This document shows, one piece after another, positions 7,886-14,300 of a stretch of DNA of 16,915 nt (position 1 is its first letter; each line of letters starts with the position of its first letter). The translations under genes were made by a program, and so were the position numbers. The notes under the pieces were generated by a model. The model worked only from the letters and a program-made list of their open reading frames with translations, was not told the DNA's origin and searched no databases. Where the stretch lies: assembly GCA_040752575.1 (NCBI GenBank), contig JBFMGK010000070.1, positions 1-16,915 of the forward strand. The letters are read 5' to 3'. Origin of the DNA: Candidatus Bipolaricaulota bacterium. Lineage in GTDB: Bacteria; Bipolaricaulota; Bipolaricaulia; UBA7950; UBA9294.

Positions 7886-9171
7886 AACGTCGCTCCGTCC
7901 GCAGCAGATCGCAAGCGAGACGCTGCGAGGGGTCCTCCGATCGCCGCAAGGATCTCGAACAGCCCGGGTCCCGTGTCGCGCCCCGTCGCCGCCATACGGC
8001 AGACGCGTGCCACATCCTTGAGGCTCGCCCCTGCTGCGGTCAGCGCGCCGCGAACCGCCGCCTCCACGTCGTGCGCCGAAGCCTCCGTGAGGCCGTCGAG
8101 AACGTCGGCAACCCTCCGAAGGAGTTCTGCTTCCTGTGGCGTCGCCGCGCCCGTCTGCCCGGCGTCCAGCGAAACGGGGAAGAGCATCTCGGCCGTCTCG
8201 GCTAGATCGGCCAACGTCTTGGCGCGGTCTCTCAGGAGCCCGACCCCGACGCCGAGACGCCGGCGGTCGGCGGCCTTCCATAGGGTCTCCGGAATCCGCC
8301 CGCGCCGCGCCACGTGCGGCTCCAGAAGATCGATCAGCCGCTCCGTCTCGGCGCGTTTCATATGCTGTTGGTTGAGCCACAGGAGTTTGGCATCCTCGAA
8401 GACCGCAGCCGACTTGTTCAGTCCTTCCAGGGTGAACAGACGGACAAGCTCCTCTCGAGTGAACAGCTCCTGATCGCCGTACGCCCACCCCAGGCGAACG
8501 AGGAAGTTGACGAGCGCCTCGGGCAGAAGGCCGCGGTCGCGGTACTCGAGCACCGACGTCGCACCGTGCCGCTTGGATAACTTGCCCCGATCCGGACCGA
8601 GGATCATGGGCAGGTGGTAGAACAAGGGCATGGGCTTGCCCAGGGCCTCGTAGATGTGCATCTGCTTCGGCGTGTTGTTCAGATGCTCGTCGCCGCGGAT
8701 CACATGCGTGATCTCCATGTCGATGTCGTCGACCACGACGACGAAGTTGTAGACGAAGGTTCCGTCCGAGCGACGGATGACGAAGTCCTTGAGCTGATCG
8801 TTGCCGAAACGCACGTCTCCCACGAGTTCGTCGTGGACGACCGTCGCGCCGGTCCCGGGAACGCGGAACCACCAGGCGCCGTCGCTCTCGTACGCAGCGC
8901 CGGACCGGAGAAGTTCCTCGGCTGCCGCAAGGTGCCGCTCGTGTCGCTCCGCCTGCCGGTAGTACTCGTCCCAGTCCAGGCCCAACCAGCGAAGCGAATC
9001 GACGATTTGCCCGATGGCTTCGTCGGTCGAACGCTCCCGATCGGTGTCCTCGATTCGCAGAACGAACGTGCCTCCGCTATGGCGCGCGAACAGCCAGTTG
9101 AACAGCGCCGTACGAGCTCCCCCGACGTGAAGGTAGCCTGTCGGACTCGGCGCAAACCGCACTCGAACCAT
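7882..9171 (-). CDS. gltX: Glutamate--tRNA ligase (short form lacking the Zn-binding insertion)
   Basis: VRVRFAPSPTGYLHVGG (HIGH), LRIEDTD, YNFVVVVDD..ITHVIRGDEH, KLSKR (KMSKS), C-terminal anticodon-binding domain (RMAATGRDTGPGLFEIL). Confidence 0.96.
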   Translation of the reverse strand: MVRVRFAPSPTGYLHVGGARTALFNWLFARHSGGTFVLRIEDTDRERSTDEAIGQIVDSLRWLGLDWDEYYRQAERHERHLAAAEELLRSGAAYESDGAWWFRVPGTGATVVHDELVGDVRFGNDQLKDFVIRRSDGTFVYNFVVVVDDIDMEITHVIRGDEHLNNTPKQMHIYEALGKPMPLFYHLPMILGPDRGKLSKRHGATSVLEYRDRGLLPEALVNFLVRLGWAYGDQELFTREELVRLFTLEGLNKSAAVFEDAKLLWLNQQHMKRAETERLIDLLEPHVARRGRIPETLWKAADRRRLGVGVGLLRDRAKTLADLAETAEMLFPVSLDAGQTGAATPQEAELLRRVADVLDGLTEASAHDVEAAVRGALTAAGASLKDVARVCRMAATGRDTGPGLFEILAAIGGPLAASRLRSAADGATL

Positions 9172-9205
9172 CTGGCAATCCTCCCCCTCGACCTGTCGTC
9201 GAGGC

Positions 9206-10012
9206 CTATTGTACCGATTGCGAACCGTGGTTCTCCCGCAACGCCGCCGCCCGGCGCCGCACCTCGGCGCAGACGACGGCGGCCGCGGCCGCCACGTTCA
9301 GCGAATCGATCCCGTATCCGGCATGGCTCCAGGACGGGACTCCCACCGATTGCGAAGCGCACCGAGCCAACTCGACGGGCAGCCCGCGAGACTCGTTCCC
9401 GAACAAGAACAGCCCGTTGCGGGCCAACGGCAGATCAAAGAGCGACGTTCCGCGGGGCTCCGTGGCGTAGCTTTGGACGCCGCGCCGACGCGCCTCCGCC
9501 AACGCCGTCTCGAGGTCCACGGTGTGAACGCGAACCCGCAGGAAGGCTCCCATGCTCGCCTGGAGAACCTTGGGATGGGTCGCGTCCACGCATCCCGGCG
9601 ACGCCAAGATATGGCGAACACCGAACCAGGCCGCGCTGCGCAGCAAGGTGCCGAAGTTGCCCGGATCCTGGACCTCAGCGAGTCCCAACGTCAGATCGCC
9701 AAGGACCTCGTTCCAGTTCAGCGGATGGATACGGCATTCGAGGACGGCCATCACGCCCTGGGGGGTTGGCTGGAGAGACAGCGATCGCAGCTCCTGCGAA
9801 GAAATCTCCGTGCAGGACGGGATGGCTGCCCGGCTTTCCGGGGTCAGCGCATCCAACCAGGCCCTCGTGGCATAGAGAGCGACGACCGGCCAGCCGTCGG
9901 CGAGGCTTTCCCGCACGATCTTGTCGCCCTCGACGACGAACCGCCTGGAGTCCTCACGACCCTTGCGCTCGCGCAGCCGCGCGATCTCCCGTCGCTGTCT
10001 CTGACTTAGCAT
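9206..10012 (-). CDS. TrmH/SpoU-family RNA 2'-O-ribose methyltransferase
   Basis: N-terminal substrate-binding domain (FVVEGDKIV, TPQGVMAV) and SPOUT motifs QDPGNFGTLLRSA, FGNESRGL, DSLNVAAAAAV. Confidence 0.93.
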   Translation of the reverse strand: MLSQRQRREIARLRERKGREDSRRFVVEGDKIVRESLADGWPVVALYATRAWLDALTPESRAAIPSCTEISSQELRSLSLQPTPQGVMAVLECRIHPLNWNEVLGDLTLGLAEVQDPGNFGTLLRSAAWFGVRHILASPGCVDATHPKVLQASMGAFLRVRVHTVDLETALAEARRRGVQSYATEPRGTSLFDLPLARNGLFLFGNESRGLPVELARCASQSVGVPSWSHAGYGIDSLNVAAAAAVVCAEVRRRAAALRENHGSQSVQ

Positions 10013-10060
10013 GGTCTCACCGTGGCGAGCGTCGGCGGATCTCGCGCGATGGGGTAGGCC

Positions 10061-10097
10061 AAAAGGCCAAGGGAGAGGGACGTTTCGTCCCTCTCCC
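10061..10097 (-). terminator. Strong hairpin, candidate intrinsic terminator/attenuator upstream of the TrmH-family gene
   Basis: Perfect 12-bp stem gggagagggacg (10071-10082) / cgtccctctccc (10086-10097), followed on the minus strand by UUGGCCUUUU (imperfect U-tract). Confidence 0.55.
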
Positions 10098-10234
10098 GGA
10101 GGGCTGGTATCGGGGGTGCGAGATGTCTAACTTTCGTTAGAACGTCACACCCTAGGCGCGCCGTGTGATGGACCTGTGAAGACGCATTGAGGAATCGATG
10201 GAATGCCGCGAACAGAGACAGAGAGCGGCATTGA

Positions 10235-10253
10235 GGGGGGCGCGAAGCCCCCC
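10235..10253 (-). terminator. GC hairpin about 40 nt after the stop of the pilin-like gene
   Basis: ggggggc-gcgaa-gcccccc. No good U-tract, so it may be a 3' stability hairpin. Confidence 0.35.
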
Positions 10254-10293
10254 CCGCCGCGCAGATGGTTGTGGGAGAAGTGCTGGTGTCGCG

Positions 10294-10773
10294 TTAGTCG
10301 GTGGTCGCCGTGTACTGAATGACCACGTTGTAGTCGCCCTGGGGAAGCGTTGCGACGTCCTCCGCCGCAAGACTGAGCCGGTAGGAGACGCTCACATTGT
10401 GAATGCCCCACGCGCCCGACGTCTTGTCGAACGTCAGCCCGAGAGCCTCTTCGACCGTCGCCTCGCTGGCTCCCTCGGGCATCGTGGAGCTCGCCCAAAG
10501 AATCGAGCTGGACAGCGACCAGTTGGTCGTGCTGAGCACGCGGAGCTGCGTGTTGTTCGACCCTACGTAGGTCCCCGGGCCGGTGATGCTCGCGAAGTTC
10601 ACGTTGCCGTTGCCGACAACGACGAGCGAGATCCACGAAGGGATCGAGAAGGAAGCGTTGACTGAGACGGCCGAAGCCACCTCCGGCACCGCAACGGCCA
10701 ACGAAGCCGCCGACGCGCCGATCATCATCGCCGCCACCAACACCGCCGTACCCACGAACTTGTTCATCCTCAT
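10294..10773 (-). CDS. Secreted all-beta protein resembling a fimbrial/pilin subunit
   Basis: ATG 10773 with AGGAGGT RBS at 10788-10782. Signal peptide; Cys-free, S/T/V/N-rich; alternating N-terminal strand VSVNASFSIPSWISL, VNFASI, LRVLSTTNWSLS, and C-terminal LPQGDYNVVIQYTATTD (G-x-Y final-strand pattern). Fold assignment is by motif resemblance only. Confidence 0.7.
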   Translation of the reverse strand: MRMNKFVGTAVLVAAMMIGASAASLAVAVPEVASAVSVNASFSIPSWISLVVVGNGNVNFASITGPGTYVGSNNTQLRVLSTTNWSLSSSILWASSTMPEGASEATVEEALGLTFDKTSGAWGIHNVSVSYRLSLAAEDVATLPQGDYNVVIQYTATTD

Positions 10774-10807
10774 GTCACAGCACCTCCTAATGGTTGTTTG
10801 TTCGAGC

Positions 10808-11020
10808 GCATCTAGCGGCTCGGCCACCATTAGGCGCCGCGGTAACCCGGCTACCCGCCGGCCTTGCGGCCGGAGAGGGCCCGTGGCTTTGCGTCCCGGG
10901 GTCTCCCTCGGTTTGCGTTTCTCGAGACATCGCGACGGCCGGAGCGGCCGCCGCAGAGCTGCCTAGAAGGTCCGTAGCTTTGCGTCCCGCCCTTTCGGGC
11001 GGTTTGCCTTTGGTAGATGC
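10808..11020 (-). promoter_or_regulatory. c-di-GMP-I (GEMM-I) riboswitch, outer aptamer, with about 125 nt inserted in the P3 loop
   Basis: 5' half GCAUCUA-CCAAAG-GCAAA-CCGCCC-GAAA-GGGCGG-GACGC-AAA-GCUACGGACC-UUC-UAGGC (11020-10961). 3' half GCCUA-AU-GGU-GG-CCG-AGC-CGC-UAGAUGC (10835-10808). P1 GCAUCUA/UAGAUGC is a perfect 7 bp in Vc2 register; G20 (11008) and C92 (10815) are present. Confidence 0.85.
10836..10928 (-). promoter_or_regulatory. c-di-GMP-I (GEMM-I) riboswitch, inner aptamer, C20 variant
   Basis: GUCUCG-AGAAAC-GCAAA-CCGAGG-GAGA-CCCCGG-GACGC-AAA-GCCACGGGCCC-UCU-CCGGCC-GCAA-GGCCGG-C-GGGU-AG-CCG-GGUU-AC-CGCGGC matches the GEMM-I consensus end to end. Confidence 0.9.
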
Positions 11021-11031
11021 TTCGAATGAGG

Positions 11032-11061
11032 ATTGCATTGCGACGGACCACCCGTCGCAAT
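11032..11061 (-). promoter_or_regulatory. Putative promoter of the riboswitch leader, overlapped by a 10-bp inverted repeat
   Basis: TTGCGA (11060-11055), 17-nt spacer, TGCAAT (11037-11032) would start RNA near 11025, just before outer P1. Palindrome ATTGCGACGG-N5-CCGTCGCAAT at 11037-11061. Confidence 0.45.
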
Positions 11062-11313
11062 CTTCAGATCCATGTCATGACCCGCAGCGCGGGTCGTCCT
11101 GGAACTTCCTGCCTCTGTTCACTTGTCAAGGAGCAACGAGGTGATTGTGCCACCGACACCCTAGGGTTAGACATCGCCCCGCGATACGTCGGGCAATGGG
11201 CTGGCGTGAAACCCTCCTCGGGGGGAGGGTGTGAATGACGGGGATTTGACGCCGCGGTGCCGATGGACCACAGTGGCATCGCGTGACAACGTAGACGAGT
11301 TCAGGGGGACAAC

Positions 11314-14300
11314 ATGACGATACGCTGGGGAAAGTGGGCAGTGGCTGCTTTGCTGTTGAGCGGTCTCTTGAGCTGGACGGCCGGTGCCGATGTGCCGCCT
11401 CCGTCGGGCGACGCGCCGCGCATCGTTCTTGTCGAACCCGCGCGCGGTGAGGAACTGCCCATCGACGGCTCCGTCCGCGTGGTCTTCGACCGGCCGATGG
11501 ATCGGCCCTCCGTAGAGCAGGCGTTTGTTCTCACCCCGACGTTGGGCGGAACGTTCTACTGGACTTCCGACGAAGACGTGCGGTTCGTGCCCAATGCACC
11601 GTGGAAACGCGGGGAGACGTATGTTGTGAGTGTGTCAGGGGAAGCGCGCGACGCAAGCGGCCTGCCTCTTGCCGAACCGCTCTCCCACCGCGTGCACGTC
11701 GTCGGTTTCCTCAGCGTAGTCCAGACATCGCCGGCGGACGGGACCTCCGAGGTAGGAACCGACACGCTGTTCACCGTCTTCTTCAACCGCCCCGTCGTGG
11801 CCCTCGCGGCCCTCTCAGCTCCCGACACCGCACCGCTCGCTCAGCCGCTGCAGGTCGAGCCCGCAGTCGACGGAACGGGGCAGTGGATCGGAACCTCGGT
11901 CTACGTCTTCGCACCTTCCAGTTCGCTCCGCGGGGGCACGACCTACACCGCCAGGATCCCCGCGGGTCTCGAGGATGAGACCGGCGGTCTTCTCGTCGAG
12001 GATGCCGTGTGGACGTTCACCACGGTTCGGCCCCGCACGCTGCGGACGTGGCCTGAGGATGGCGAGGACCTTGTGCCGCTCGACGCGAAGATCCGCGTGA
12101 CGTTCAACATGCCGATGAGCGCTGCGTCGGCCGCGGATCGGATCTCGGTGCGTCCCGTGTCGCTGTTCGGAGCTCTCCCCGGGGAGCCGGTCTCCGGGAT
12201 GCTCGAGGCGGAGGGGAACGCGCTGCTCTTCGTCCCGACCGAACCGTTGGAGTTCGATCGGGAGTACCTCGTCACCCTCGAGCCGGGCCTCCTGCCCGAG
12301 GGCGGCGGCCAAGGAACGGAGGACTTCACCAGGTTCCGTTTCCGTACCGTTCCGAGGCTTCGCATCTTGGGCACGAGCCCGCGGAACGGGGCGGAGCGCG
12401 TCTCGCCCTACTCCCCCTTCGTCCTCGAGTTCAACGCTCCCATTGACCCCGAGTCCGTCCTGGAGAGGATTACGATCGAGCCCACGCCGGCACCCGGAAG
12501 TGTCTCGGGATGGTTCAATGACTGGGATCTCCGCTACGTCGTCTACTTCGACATCCAGCCCAGTCAGACGTACACCGTCCGCGTCGCGGCCGGGATCCAG
12601 GACCCCTACGGAAACGCCATCGACGACGCCCTCACGGTTCGGTTCACGACGGATCGACTGGACCCCGTCGCGTGGCTGCACGTGCCGGGAAGCGTCGGAA
12701 CCTACAGCAGCTACGAGCCGGCGCGCATGGTCGTTGCTCACCGCAACACCGATCGGCTCGACTTCACACTGACGAGGCTCGACGTCGCCGACTACTTCGA
12801 AGCGCTCACGGAGGGCAGCCGCTGGGATCCGCCCAGCCGCGGCAGTCTGCGTGAGTGGACGGTGCGGGTGAGTTCACCGGAGAACGAGATGGGCTACACG
12901 GCGGTCGATCTCTCGGAATCGGGTGGGGCGCTTCGCCCGGGGGCGTACGCCATCGAAGTGGCGGCCCGCGGGGTGGAGTGGAACCCGTGGCAACACCGGC
13001 ACGTGCTTGTGGTGACCCCCACGCACCTCATCCTCAAGACAACGGACGAGGAGACCCTCGTGTGGGCGACGGACCTCGAGTCGGGACAACCCGTCCCCGG
13101 TCTGATCCTCTGGGCGATGAATGCCGACGGCGAACCGCTCGACGTCGACGTCACGGACAGCCGCGGGCTGTCGCGATTTCCGGGAGCCTCGTCGACGGAC
13201 TGGCGCGGGCTGACGATCCTGGCTCGCAGCCCGTTCACGCTGGCCGACTCGGGATGGAGCGACGGGATCTCGCCTTGGGACTTCGGAACCTTCACGGAGA
13301 CGGCGCCCGAAGGCCGAGCCTATCTCGATACGGATCGCCTGATCTACCGAACGGGCCAAACGGTATACTTCCGCGCTCTCCTACGAGACGAGGACGACGC
13401 CACGTACGGGCTTCCGACGCGGGAAGAGGCGCGGATCACGCTGACCGACCCTGCGTGGAACACCGTCTATGACGAGGCGCTCCCGATCGACGCCTCCGGA
13501 GAGGTGGCCGACGAGTTTGCACTCCCCGAGGATGCCGCCTTGGGCACGTATCGCCTGCGCGTGAGCTTCGGCGAGGTCTCTACGTCGCACTCGTTCGAGG
13601 TTGCCGCGTACCGCGCTCCCGAGTTCGAGGTCACGCTTCTGGCCGACACGTCCGAGGCTGCGAAGGGAGATCGCGTGGGAGTCAACATCGAGGCGATGTA
13701 CTTCTTCGGCGCTCCTGTCTCCGACGCCTCGGTCGAGTGGCGCGTGCTCTCGGAAGGCTACACCTTCTCACCTCCGGCGTTCGGCCAGTACACCTTCACC
13801 GATACCGACGACCCCTGGACATGTTGGACCTGTTGGTGGCAAGAACCGACTCCGTCGTCGCCCGTTCTCACCGGCGAGGGGAACACGGACGCGTTGGGCG
13901 TCCTCTCGCTGCAACTCCCAGCCGACGTCGGATCGCTGCCGCGAGACGAGGAAGGACAGCCGGCGCAGGGCAGCCGGCGCCTGACGATCGAAGCCACGGC
14001 GGCCGGACGGGATGGGTCCTCCATCTCCGGACGCACCTCGGTGGTGATTCACCAAGCTTCGTTCTACGCAGGCCTTGCCACCGAACGCCCCATCGGTCGA
14101 GCCGGCGAGGAGATGCCCCTCCAGGTCATCACGCTCGACTGGGCTGGTGAACGTCTCCCCGAGACGTCCCTGAAGTACGAGGTCTACCTTCGCGAGTGGC
14201 TCAACACCTTCGAAGAAGATCCCTCGGGTGGCGGGCGTTGGTCTTGGACCACGAGGGATACCCTGGTCGCGTCGGGAGACCTCACGACCAACGAACACGG

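Noticed and set aside
7886..8872. N-terminal 329 codons of the 685-aa ORF 6815..8872
   Set aside because: Arg-rich off-frame overlap of gltX; the real start is GTG 7885, with RBS and signal peptide.
7882..9171. Glutamyl-queuosine tRNA-Asp synthetase (GluQ-RS), suggested by the short length and nearby qng1
   Set aside because: GluQ-RS lacks the C-terminal anticodon-binding domain, which is present here.
8614..10140. 508-aa plus-strand ORF, and the similar long alternative ORFs 3724..5040, 13768..14868 and 15279..16262
   Set aside because: They overlap well-supported genes and have the R/P/G-rich or antisense-mirror composition typical of GC-rich shadow frames.
10013..10293. T-box leader for gltX
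   Set aside because: No T-box consensus (GGUGGNACCGCG-like) or recognisable specifier stem on the minus strand.
10774..10830. Extended start (10830) for the pilin-like gene, and small ORFs across 10787-11279
   Set aside because: They run through the riboswitch; ATG 10773 has a strong RBS and is directly followed by a signal peptide.
10836..11020. Ordinary serial tandem riboswitches, or a strand-swapped hybrid (outer 5' half with inner 3' half)
   Set aside because: No GEMM-I 3' half lies between the two 5' halves. The hybrid can form part of P3, but its P1 register starts with an A-C mismatch, whereas the nested pairing gives a perfect 7-bp P1.
11039..11059. CRP-S competence site (TGCGA..TCGCA)
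   Set aside because: Half-sites are 11 nt apart rather than 6.
11124..11129. Perfect TTGACA on the minus strand as promoter of the riboswitch leader
   Set aside because: No acceptable -10 hexamer at 16-18 nt spacing.
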